A stretch of 43,707 nucleotides of DNA from Saprolegnia diclina VS20. Its lineage: Eukaryota. Position numbers and translations under genes: made by a program. The notes under the pieces are model-generated. The model searched no databases and was not told where the DNA came from. It was given only the letters and a program-made list of their open reading frames with translations. Where the stretch lies: the NCBI RefSeq assembly GCF_000281045.1, contig NW_008246070.1, positions 335,272 through 378,978 of the forward strand, written 5' to 3'. Every line of letters begins with the position of its first letter. Positions within the stretch are counted from its first letter, which is position 1. Of the stretch, positions 23,260-33,609 are shown piece by piece.

Positions 23260-25595
23260 TTACATAAGTGCGCAGCCGCCGCGGGCCGGCGCTTCGGCGC
23301 TGGCGGCGAGTTGGATCTGCTCGTGCTCGGCTGGCGAAAACAAAAAGAGCTCGTCGAGACTGTACTGGTCGCCATCGGCAAACACGAGGAGGTAGACGCG
23401 GCTTGGGAGCACACCAATGACCTGCGCCGGTGCGTACACGGCCCCGCTGCCGCTGGCAAACTTGGCAAAGACGTGGTCGCCCACCTAGGCCCCCTCAGTA
23501 CCATGTTTCGCCTCGTATCAAACGCGCGTACCTTGAATTTGGGCGGGGGCACGATGAGCTCCTGTGCGCACGGTGACGTCGGCGCGTCCTGGCGAGCGGC
23601 CACGGGTGTCGGCGGTGCTGGGAGGGCTGGCGCCTGGAACGGCGGTGGCGCATTGTGGCGAGCGGCAGCAGGTGATGCCGCAATGTGCGCAAAGTCGGCA
23701 AAGACGTGGCGCAGCGGGCTCTTGAGCGGCGTGAGCTGCGGCCGGCACGCGCGGACGAGCGCCTCCAACGCCGCCTTCGGCATCAAGTCCTTCAGCATCG
23801 CCCAGAGTGCGCGTTGTTGGGTCGCGGCCGTCTCGAGGCCCTTGCCGCAGAGCACAATCACGTCTTGAAACTCAGCAATCATGGCGACGACCTCCTGTCG
23901 GCGCGACTTGACCATCGTGCCGAGGTGCCGGGTGTGCGTCTCGAGCTTGACCTTTTGGCAGTGCAGCTCTTGGGTCGCGTGCTTGGCGCGCTGGTCGAGC
24001 GTCGTCTCCAGATGCGTGAGCTCCTTGCAGAGCACGGGCAGCGTGCTCGTCAATTTTTCAAGACCAATGCGCGACGCACTCTGAGCTTCGGTCGCCAGCT
24101 ACAAGGACTCGCCATCAGAGATGCCGTCGAGGGATGTGCCAGGTACCGCCGTGACGGCCGCGTCCATCGTCTTCAGCCGCGCACTCTCCACGTGGTCCAA
24201 AAGGGCCTTTGCCGCTTCGAAAAACGCGTGAAAATCGCGGGCTGCGCGCCAGAGCTTCGAGGCCGCGCCCGTGTCGAGCTCGGCACTGGCCTGCGCCGCG
24301 AGCGCAGCAACCGCCTCGGTATTGGCCTCGTCGGCAAAGACGGAGCGTTGCGCTCTGATCACAGCAGCGCTCGCTGTGGCGCCCGACTCTTCGGCTTTCA
24401 AACGAGCCACTTCGACGAGCGCCTGGACAGCCGCCGCCGCGCTCTCTTCAGCGGCTTGCTTCTCCCCGAGCATCTCGTCGGCGCTGGCCACGCCATGAGA
24501 GCTCTTTGTCATCTTGGCTGCGACGCGCTCGCCGAGGTGTGTAAAGTCCTTGTGGACGGCGGCGTGCAGGCGCATGAGGTCCTCCTTGGCGGCTTCATAC
24601 GCCTGCATGCGCGTGGCGTAGGCGAGGCAGACGGCGTGGAGCACGGCCACGTTTGCCTCGCACGCAGACGGATGGGCCGAGAGCGTCACCTGTGCCGCAT
24701 TCTCGAGGTCCGCGATGGTGTCGTCGGTCGGCCGCACGACCTTGTGCTACATACACAAGACGTCAGACGACGGCGCACAGTGGTGCGCTACCGGGCGGTC
24801 GAGGTCGTGGGCGTGGGGCAGCGCCATGATTATGTCTTGAAGCAGCACGAGCTCGTCGGTCCGATCAAAGTCGCTCGTGTTGGTGGCTTCGGCAGTGTTG
24901 TAGGTGGCGCAAGCGGCCTCGGTGAGGGCCAGCGTTTCGTCGGTCGTCACTGCAACGAGCGTCTCAAACATTTGCTGGAGGCTGCGGGTGTGCTCGATCG
25001 TCGGGGTTCCCGCGGCGGCCTCCGGCTTGGGCTCGCGCAGCTTCAAACAGTAGCTCGAGAGATGGTTGAAGCAGTCGACCTCACTGCGCTCTGGCACATC
25101 CTGCATGTACGTCTCGTCGTCGTCGTCGTCGTCACGCTGCGACGCCTTTGACTGACTCAACGGAACACCGACCTCGTTCTTGATCAAGTAACTGAGCCGG
25201 TCGCTGTCCAAACGAGGCGGCGCCGAGCTCGCGACGCCATAGTACGCGTTTGGGTACTCGGTCTCCTCGGCAATCGACGGCGACCAGTTGTGCGTCTCTA
25301 CGTACGCGGGCAGCGACATACGCGAGTTCTTCTGACGCTTGGGCGCACCCCGGTCGTCGCCATTGCGCCCGCGTTTCTTCGCCTCGTCGCGCTTGGAGAC
25401 GCGCTGGAAGGCGTCCGCCACCGAGTAGTTGGCGTCCTTGAAGGTCATGAAAAGCAGGCGCTGGCTAAACATCGCCGAGCAGCTCGTCTTGACAAGCTCC
25501 GTGAGCGTGCCAAAGTCGCGCTGGCGCTCGTCGCTGAGCAGCAGTAGCTCGTCCTCGATCGACGGCTCGGTCGTCCCTGCCTCGTGCGTGCTCAT
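23260..25595 (-). CDS. Uncharacterised protein: CUE/UBA-like N-terminus, helical domain, C-terminal Tudor-like domain and CaaX (paralogue B)
   Basis: ATG at 25595 (MSTHEAG). Phase-0 introns at about 24791-24747, 24146-24099 and 23531-23485. The last junction gives KFK|VGDHVFAKF...YAPAQVIGV...YLLVFADGD. Ends GGCALM-TAA. Confidence 0.8.
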
Positions 25596-26028
25596 CGGCC
25601 CGCCAACTGATGGAAGTCGGAAATCCCGTTTGTCCTTTTTTATTTTCTTGTTTTTGATATTTTTAGAAATTAAATTCAAAAAGTCCCAACCCATCACCAA
25701 CATGGTCATGGCCGAGCATGGCCAAGACAGGCGCGGCCATACCATGGCATCGCAGGGCGTCGTCGCTGCCAGCCACGACTCATGCAGCGCATCTCGTCTC
25801 ACTGACGGATGGTGCTCATGGGCCATTAGCGGCGAAAGCATACATACCGGTGGGGCCGGCCAGACGACGGCAGCTTCCCAGCGTCCTCGAACCGGTGCAT
25901 TGAGCTGGCGGTGGCATGGCTGCTCGCTTGTAGTAGGTTCGCGGGACGGCTTTGGCTGTCGAAAGTAAATTTAGCAGACCGTTGTTGTTGATAACGTCGG
26001 AAGTTTCTCCATTTTGAAGAGACGACCG

Positions 26029-27060
26029 ATGCAAGGCTCGGGCGGCTTCGAGTACTCGGCCGCGCCGCGCTCGGTCGCCGTGAAGCGGTCAAAGTACCGC
26101 GATCCGTCGAGCTCGTACGCCAGCACGTCATCTTCTCGAAGCTAACAGCCTCGACTCTGTAGCGTCGACAAGTCGCAGAACCTCATGTACGACCGGCGCA
26201 TCGTGCGCGGCAGCACGTTTGCGAGCGCCAAGCCCGCGCCCGAGGTACTTCGTGTCTTAGTCGATCGCGAATCTCATGTGTGCAAGTCGACGGACGCCAA
26301 GCCCAAGTTCAAGAAGAAGCCGTCGCCGTCGGAGCTCACACCGCAGAGCAACGACCGCCCCGCGACTCCGCCCCCCATGGATGGCCGGCAGCACATGGAT
26401 ATTCAGACCGAGAATTACCTCGAGGAGCTCACGGACAAGGTGCCCGAGATGGACGTCGAGACGCAGACCGAAGCCTTCTTGGACCAACTGCCCGTGCCGA
26501 CGTTCATTCCGCAAAAGAGCGGCAATGACGTGGCGACACAGATCGAGGCCGGCGATCTCTTTGACTTTGACTTGGAGGTGGCGCCGATCCTCGAGGTGCT
26601 CGTGGGCAAAGCGCTTGAAGTCTCGGTCATGGAGGTCCTCGAAGAAGAAGAGATCAAGGAGATTCGGCTGCGCCAAGATATTTTCGAGCAGCAGCGCAAC
26701 GCCGAGCTCGCCGAAGTCCAGCGGCTCGAAGCCGAAGCGAAGCGCAAGTACGACGAGAAGCAGCGGCGCCTCGAAGAGGAGAAGGCGCGGCTCGTCGCGC
26801 AGGCCGAGCTCCAAGAGAAGCTCGCGGCGCGGTCGTTTGCAAAGCACTACCTCTCGGATCTGCACACGAGTGTCTTTACGAACCTCGTGACGACCGGCCA
26901 CTTCCAGGACCCGCTCGAGCGCGAAGTCAAAGACGCCTTCGTCCCGTTCTTGCTACGGAAAGCGTGTACGAACGTCGACCAGATTGTGTTTGCAAGGGCG
27001 CTCGCCGACCTCGTCGTCGCCGATTCGATGGCGCGACCGCTGCCCGGGACCCGTAGCTAG
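26029..27060 (+). CDS. RSP3: Flagellar radial spoke protein 3
   Basis: NLMYDRRIVRGSTFA, GRQHMDIQTENYLEEL, FIPQKSGNDVATQIEAGDLFDFDLEVAPILEVLVGKALE. First exon MQGSGGFEYSAAPR from ATG 26029. Introns at about 26115-26162 and 26245-26286. Confidence 0.95.
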
Positions 27061-27413
27061 CCATAGAACCCTCTTACTATCCTCCTACTTGACCCTGTAA
27101 TGTATAAACGACGCCCCGTGGCTTCGAACGTAAGCTGCTAGTGCTAACGGGGCGACGACCATGGGCTAGCATAAGCAGGCGCTTCCTACGCCACGTTATG
27201 GCAGCCCATATCGCTGCCTGCCTGCACGGCCATGCGCTTCGCCCAATGTAGCCCATACGCGCTCAGCCATGATGATACGCATCTGTGCAGGGATGGCCTG
27301 TAGATGCATGCATGTAGCACTCTTCCATCGTCCTGCCACCGCCATGCCAGGCGCGTATCTTTGGCGTCCATCTTGGAGGGCCCGCGACTTCTTGCCGTTG
27401 GGTTAAAAATATC

Positions 27414-27458
27414 CGCCAATCACAGCGCGCGAACATCTATTTTTAGCTGCGATTGGCT
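27414..27458 (+). promoter_or_regulatory. Inverted pair of CCAAT boxes upstream of the aquaglyceroporin
   Basis: gCCAATc at 27416 and gATTGGc at 27452, 50-90 nt before the ATG at 27509. Confidence 0.5.
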
Positions 27459-27508
27459 GCGCGTGGCAGCGTCAGTGCGCGATTGTCCACCTTCTTCCAC
27501 CTAGCAGC

Positions 27509-28423
27509 ATGTTCAAGCCCACAGACGACGGCCGAGACGACGCGGTCATCGACAGCATCCCCGAGACGCGCAACCTCATGCAGGACAAGCTGCGGAAGGC
27601 CTTTGCGGAAGGCCTCGGGACCATGATCCTCGTCCTCATCGGCGACGGCGTCGTCGCGCAGACCGTCATCTCGCAGCAGATGGAGATCCGCAACGCCCAG
27701 CTCACGAGCAACCCGCTCGATGCAACAGCCTTCGCTGGCGACTGGATGTCCATCTCGATCGGCTTTGGCATCGCGCTCATGCTCGGCATCTACGTTTCGG
27801 GCGGCGTCTCGGGCGGCCACCTCAACCCCGCCGTGTCCATCACGATGGCCGTCTTCAAGCGCCTCGACTGGGCGTACGTGCCTTATTACATTGGTGGCCA
27901 AACCCTGGGCGCGTTCATCGGCGCCATGTTCGTCTACCTCGCGTACCGCCCCGCGCTCCTCTACCTCGACATTTGGGACCAGACAACGGCCGGTATCTTT
28001 GCGACGTACCCGAAAGCGCACATGACACTCACGGAAGGCTTCATCGACGAGATCGTTGGCTCGTTTCTCCTCCTTCTCGGCATCTTTGCCATCACCGACA
28101 AGCGCAACAACCCTGCCGACGTCGGGAGCCGCCCCGCGATCATTGGCCTGCTCTTGACGGGCATCGCCATGTCGTTCGGCTACAACACGGGTTTTGCGCT
28201 CAACCCCGCAAGAGACTTTGGCCCGCGCTTCTTCACGCTCATGGCGGGCTGGGGCGGCGACGTCTTTGTCTACGGCAACGGGTACTTTTGGGTCCCGATG
28301 TTTGCGCCCGTCTTTGGCGGCCTCGCTGGCGCGTTCGTCTACGCCAACTGCATCGAGCGCTTCCACCCGCAGTACGTCCCCGGCATGCGACCGAGCTCGT
28401 CGACCATCGACGACGAAGCCTAG
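27509..28423 (+). CDS. Aquaglyceroporin (MIP family, GlpF-like), intronless
   Basis: SGGHLNPAVS and TGFALNPARDFGPR (the NPARD glyceroporin signature), AGIFATYP loop, six TM segments. Confidence 0.96.
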   Translation: MFKPTDDGRDDAVIDSIPETRNLMQDKLRKAFAEGLGTMILVLIGDGVVAQTVISQQMEIRNAQLTSNPLDATAFAGDWMSISIGFGIALMLGIYVSGGVSGGHLNPAVSITMAVFKRLDWAYVPYYIGGQTLGAFIGAMFVYLAYRPALLYLDIWDQTTAGIFATYPKAHMTLTEGFIDEIVGSFLLLLGIFAITDKRNNPADVGSRPAIIGLLLTGIAMSFGYNTGFALNPARDFGPRFFTLMAGWGGDVFVYGNGYFWVPMFAPVFGGLAGAFVYANCIERFHPQYVPGMRPSSSTIDDEA

Positions 28424-28433
28424 TCTCCTTAGC

Positions 28434-28551
28434 NNNNNNNNNNNNNNNNNNNNNNNNNNNNNNNNNNNNNNNNNNNNNNNNNNNNNNNNNNNNNNNNNNN
28501 NNNNNNNNNNNNNNNNNNNNNNNNNNNNNNNNNNNNNNNNNNNNNNNNNNN
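28434..28551. other. Assembly gap (N run) flanked by an identical 67-bp duplication
   Basis: 28367-28433 equals 28552-28618 (ccgcagtac...ccttagc). Confidence 0.95.
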
Positions 28552-28736
28552 CCGCAGTACGTCCCCGGCATGCGACCGAGCTCGTCGACCATCGACGACG
28601 AAGCCTAGTCTCCTTAGCCATACATAACAACACAAACACGATGATGATGTATTCGACTGCTCGTTCCGAGTGCTGGACGATCGCCATTGTATCCGGTCAT
28701 TTCATCCGGATGCCACACGCGTGCTCGCCTTGAACC

Positions 28737-30035
28737 ATGGAGACGCTTCTGACGCTTCTGCGAGCGACGCCATCGTCGGCGAGCCTCCTAAGCAATGCGT
28801 CGGCCGTGGCGCAGCTCGCCAACGCAGTGCAAGCTATCCGCACGGCAGATCGTGCGGCCGCGCCCATTGCGCGCCTGTCGTCTGAGGCCGATCTTGCCGT
28901 CTTTGCGGCGTGGTTCGCCGATGCGGTCGGGGCCAGCGATGCCAAGTATTCGTTTCAGCATATGGGCCCCACGCTGGGCAATGGCGTCGTGGCCACAGCT
29001 GCGATTGAAGCTGGCGAGCGCGTGCTCTTCGTGCCCGAGCGCCTTCTCTTGACGTCGAGCACGGCGCACCTGCCGTGTTTTGCGCCGCTGCAACACGACC
29101 CGCTCTTGAGCCAGTTTCCGTCGGCCATGCTGGCGCTCCGCCTCTTGTACGAGATGCAAGAGGGCGACTCGTCGCCGCTCGCTGCGTACCTGCGCATCCT
29201 GCCTACGCGGTTCCATCTCCCGTTCGACTACAGCAGCGACGACTTTGCCGCTCTTTTGCCGACAATGGCTTACGCGCCAGCCGTCCAGCTCCTCTACAAC
29301 GGCCTCAAGCAGTACACGTACTTGCACGCGCGTCTCTCGAGTCTCTCGGTGGTCCCGATCACGTCCTTTACGCTCGAGAACTTTCTCTGGGCGACCTCGG
29401 TCGTGCTCACTCGGCAAAACAACGTGCCGACGCCGACCGACCCCCGCGCCCTCGCGCTCATTCCGGGCTGGGACCTCTGCAACCACGCGCCCGGATCCAT
29501 CACGACCTACTACGAGTCGGCGCAGCACGGCGTGGTCTGCGATGCAATGGCCTCGTTTTCGACCGGCGAGCAGCTCACGATCTTCTACGGCCCACGCCCC
29601 AACGCCGAGCTGCTCGTTTACTCTGGCTTTTGCCTTGCTGTCAATGCGTACGACACGCTGCGTCTGCGCCTTTCTGCTCATAACGATGCGCTCTGGAAGG
29701 TGCGGGCAATGGTGCTCGCCAAGCTCGGCGCAACGCTCGAGAGCGACGCCGCGCTCGTCCGCGTGGCGTCGGACGGCACGTTTGCGTATGTCACGGACCA
29801 GCGCACCGTGCACGTCCTTCTGCTCGACAAGGCCGGCCTCGGCGCGGCGCTCCGGTCGCTTCCGGCGTTTTTGCCGTGGACCGACGAGGTGGCGGCGCGT
29901 GCCAAGACGTTGATGAAGCAAGCTGCCGCGGCACAGGTCGCTACGCTGCAGCGACACGCAGGCGCCCACGCGGTCGTTGCTGCGTACGTTGCATCGGAAG
30001 CCGCGCTTCTCGAGCGCCTTTGCGCCTCGGCGTAG
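28737..30035 (+). CDS. SETD3: SETD3-like SET-domain methyltransferase (actin-His / Rubisco-LSMT class), intronless
   Basis: WATSVVLTRQNNVPT, ALIPGWDLCNHAPGSITTYY and GEQLTIFYGPRPNAELLVYSGF match the remembered SETD3 motif pattern. Confidence 0.85.
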   Translation: METLLTLLRATPSSASLLSNASAVAQLANAVQAIRTADRAAAPIARLSSEADLAVFAAWFADAVGASDAKYSFQHMGPTLGNGVVATAAIEAGERVLFVPERLLLTSSTAHLPCFAPLQHDPLLSQFPSAMLALRLLYEMQEGDSSPLAAYLRILPTRFHLPFDYSSDDFAALLPTMAYAPAVQLLYNGLKQYTYLHARLSSLSVVPITSFTLENFLWATSVVLTRQNNVPTPTDPRALALIPGWDLCNHAPGSITTYYESAQHGVVCDAMASFSTGEQLTIFYGPRPNAELLVYSGFCLAVNAYDTLRLRLSAHNDALWKVRAMVLAKLGATLESDAALVRVASDGTFAYVTDQRTVHVLLLDKAGLGAALRSLPAFLPWTDEVAARAKTLMKQAAAAQVATLQRHAGAHAVVAAYVASEAALLERLCASA

Positions 30036-30081
30036 ACACTTCGACCACTGCTTTTCAAAGACTTACGACTTGATTTTGTTT

Positions 30082-31447
30082 TTACTTGGCGCGCGGGTCG
30101 TGGCGCGGAATGCGCACGCGCAAAAAGTCACTGGCGTCGACGACCGCCATGCGCCCGGACGCGGCGCGGGCTTCGTCGACGAGCGACTGCACGGAGCGTG
30201 CGCTCGCGCGCGAGTAGCTAAATCGGCTGCTGAAATGGGTGAGCACGAGCAGCGTCGCGTTGCTCAATCGAGCAAACGCGCCGGCCATCGAGCTCGTCGA
30301 GTGGCCCCGGGGCACGGCCTACAACCCGGCTCAGCTTAGTACTACTTAGTAGTATTGTCGACCTGCGCGAGCATGCTGTGCGGCAGCGTTGACTCGTGCA
30401 CCAAGACCTACGACCGATCAATTTCGATTTGCAAGAGGCAGAGGTCGTACGTCGGCGTTGCGCGCGAGCTCCGTCATGGCGAGCGAGTCGCTCGAGTCGC
30501 CCAATATGGCCGCTTTGCGACCGCGAATCGGCGGCGTCATGACCTAATGCAGGACATTAGTGGTTTCAGTGGGTGTGAGCATACGTCTGTTGGCTCGAGG
30601 AGCGAGCCGTCGGGCAGAGGCACGGCCCGACCTTCCTTGAGCTGCTTGTACAGCGGGCCGGGCGGGAGACCGCGGGCTTTTGCAAGGGCGGCGTTGATGT
30701 GTCCTGGCCGCGTCTGCTCTTCGACGACGTAGCCAAAGCAGGGCACCGTGTGCTGAAGAAACCCAGCACGGACGCGGTAGTTGGCGTCGTCGAGGATGGG
30801 CCAGACGGGCGTGTCGCCGCTCGTATCCGGGTGGATCAAGTGGTGCTGTAGGCACTGGACTCGACACACTCAAGTTGTGTCATCAATGAAGATGTATCTC
30901 GTACCTCGTGGATCGGTCCGCGCTCGCGCTTGATGGTCCGTGCGTCGCATAAGGGCACGAGCTCATGCACGGCGATGCGGATGTTGGTCATGTTGGCGCG
31001 GCTGACGTTGAGCGCCGTGTTGAGAAACGCAAAGACGCCACGGGGGCCATAGATCGAAAGCACTTTGGGCGTCGGCAGCTTCGTCTCGCGGTCGATGTCG
31101 GGGCCGCAGAGCGAGTTGAGGGTGCACACGAGGCCCGGGAGGCCGTAAATGTGGTCGCCATGCAAATGTGTCAAGAAGATGCGCTCTATGGCCGTTGCGC
31201 GCACGTTGCTCTGGAACATTTGCTTTTGCGAGCCCTCGCCGCAGTCAAAGAGCCACGCCGCGCCGTGGAGCTGCAGCACGAGGCCGCTCGCATTGCGCTC
31301 GATGGACGGCGCACCGGCGCCCGTGCCCAGGAAGACGAGCTCAAAGCCGGTAAAGGGCTCCGTCTCGGGCGTCGCACTGCTCCTCGAGTCGGCAAACAGC
31401 TTGGGCACCGACGTCAGACGCAGGCGCCGCCACGTGCGCGCGAGCAT
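30082..31447 (-). CDS. Short-form tRNase Z (ElaC/ELAC1-type metallo-beta-lactamase) with putative mitochondrial presequence
   Basis: [37 protein letters not shown], exosite [31 protein letters not shown] and LTHFSSR. Four short introns. Arg-rich N-terminus without acidic residues, [13 protein letters not shown]. Confidence 0.92.
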
Positions 31448-31501
31448 GATCCTTCTCGGCGAGTGGTTCGAATTTGACGATCCGGCCAATCAGAAGCACG
31501 A
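31448..31501. promoter_or_regulatory. 54-bp bidirectional promoter with a single CCAAT box
   Basis: Lies between divergent ATGs at 31447(-) and 31502(+). ggCCAATcag at 31484-31493. Confidence 0.65.
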
Positions 31502-33478
31502 ATGGCAAATTTAGAAACGGCAATGCGCAAGGCCGACGACCCGGAGCGACCGACGTACAGCGAGATCGCTGCGACGCTCGGGAAGCTCCGGGACCTCGGG
31601 CGCAAGTTTGAAGACACGGAGAAGCTGCTCACGCGCCTTCTGCAGTTCTCGCAAGTCGCGCCCAAGCGAGCGGACATCTTGGCAGCCAACGGCATCAACG
31701 TCGTGGCGATGCACTTGCGCAACGCCGAGAGCCCGGCGATTCAACAGCGCACGGCTGCGTACGGACACCTCGATATTGCGACATACGTACTACGACTCGT
31801 GTGCGGTGTAGCATTCTGCTCAACCTGGGGCAAAGTGAGAAAGGCCGGGTCGCGATTGCGTCCTGCAACAGGTTGGTTATCGTTAGTACGCGTGATTCCG
31901 CGGTCATGGACGTCGTAGTTGGTCTTGCTTGTCGTATCGCCACGAGTGCCCTCTCTTTTACCTGCTCCAAGTGGCCATCAACACGAAAGACGTGATGCTC
32001 AAGCGCATTTGCGCGGGCGCGTTGATCAACTGCTCGTTCCACGCGTCGTGCCAAGTGCAACTGGAGGAAATCAACGGCACACCGCTTCTCCTCAAGCTTC
32101 TCGACACTAACGACGAAGGTACTTGGCGCATACTGGCTTACTGCAGCGACGCGAGCGGGCTACGTTAGACGTGGCCGTGTACGCGGCGGCCACGCTCTGG
32201 TGCTTGTGCAAAGAGCGCAACTTTGTCATTCGCCTCGAGGTACCGTACGTTTGTCGGCTCGTATACCACCAAGTAGCGCGGCGTAGACCATCTACTGCCT
32301 TCCCGCAGAAGGGTTCATGCAAAAGCTGTCGCTGATTCTCTGGACGCGCTGCATGAACTTTGGCCTTGCAGTGACGACGAGTCCGTACTCGTCCGACCAA
32401 ACCGGTCTTCTCGAGAGGTGCTCGTCCGCATTTTCCACTCTACGATCCGACATGGCTTCTAGCACTGGCGACAACATTGACCTTGTATTCACGATCGCGA
32501 TCAACACCAACCTCTCGATGGTGCTGCAGATGGAGCACTACAACATCAAGCACGTCCAAGCAACGGTCGGGTACCCTTGGCGCTAGTTGGTCTCATGGAA
32601 TCTCGTAGGTGCAAGGCGCCATGCAGTACAAGAGCGTGCAAAAGTTCAACCACGATGGCGTCCTACTCGCGACGACGTGTGCCGTGTGCGCCAAGCCCGT
32701 CAAGGATAAGCACCGGCTAAGCTGCGTCAACGACAAGTGCAGTGAGGTCTACCACCTTCGCTGCAGCCGCTGGCGGCGCATCGACACGCCGACGGTGAAC
32801 GAGAACCGCAGTAGCTTTTACTGCGACGTGTGTTTTCCCAAGAGTCCGCTCCAGTACCTGGACTTTGCGGCTGTTGAGGGCAGCGCGATCTTGACCAAGC
32901 GCGACTTTGACGTGCTCGGTATCACGCACGACACGGACGCGCTCTGCATGCTTCAGGCGCCGTCGGGAAACGTCGTGGCGATGGGAACCCGCAAGTACGC
33001 GTGTACGAGCAAGCACGACCTCGCCGTCGTCTTCATCAAGGCAACTGTGCAGACGTGCGTCTCGCTCTGCCACAACAACCAGCCACCACTCGCAATGCCC
33101 ACGCCGGCGCTACATCCGTGGACGTTCGAGTGTCTTCAGACGTCGAACGTCGCGCCAGAGCTCGCTCTGCACCGGCTAGCGCTATGGCCTGCAACGAAGG
33201 CGATTCCCATCGACCCGAACGCGTACTTGCGCAAGTCGAGCGACGAGCTCGACCACGCTTGCGTGCTCGAGTGCAGCGTCGGAAGCAAGAGCGCATCGGC
33301 CTTTGCCCTGGGCAGCGCCGACGGCCACGAGCTTTGGTCGGCCTTGCAGCCGAGCCGCGCCAAGTGCATGAAGCTTGTCTCGGAGACGCTGGCGGCGGCC
33401 AAGAGCACCCCAAAGAAGCGCATCAAGCCACACATCCAGCGGACGCTCGAGCGCCAGCCGAGTGCTGGTCGTGTGTAA
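31502..33478 (+). CDS. Armadillo-like helical N-terminus plus PHD-finger protein (multi-exon)
   Basis: ARM-like helices (ICAGALINCS, YAAATLWCLC). PHD CAVCAKP...SCVNDKCSEVYHLRC...FYCDVC at about 32678-32832. Several GT-AG introns. Stop TAA at 33476-33478. Confidence 0.7.
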
Positions 33479-33609
33479 TAGCAAGGGGACAAAAGCCCTC
33501 GGCAATAAAGCGCAAGGGATGATTTTATGTAATAGTATCAACTTGATAATGAAGCGGCGCCAACGAAACGGCTCGCTGTCACTGTTCGCCTTGCCTCCGA
33601 GAGACCGAG

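Noticed and set aside
27281..27307. Imperfect hairpin upstream of the aquaglyceroporin
   Set aside because: Short and bulged; expected by chance.
31463..31476. GGTTCGAAT resembling a tRNA T-loop / B-box
   Set aside because: No T-stem pairing or cloverleaf around it.
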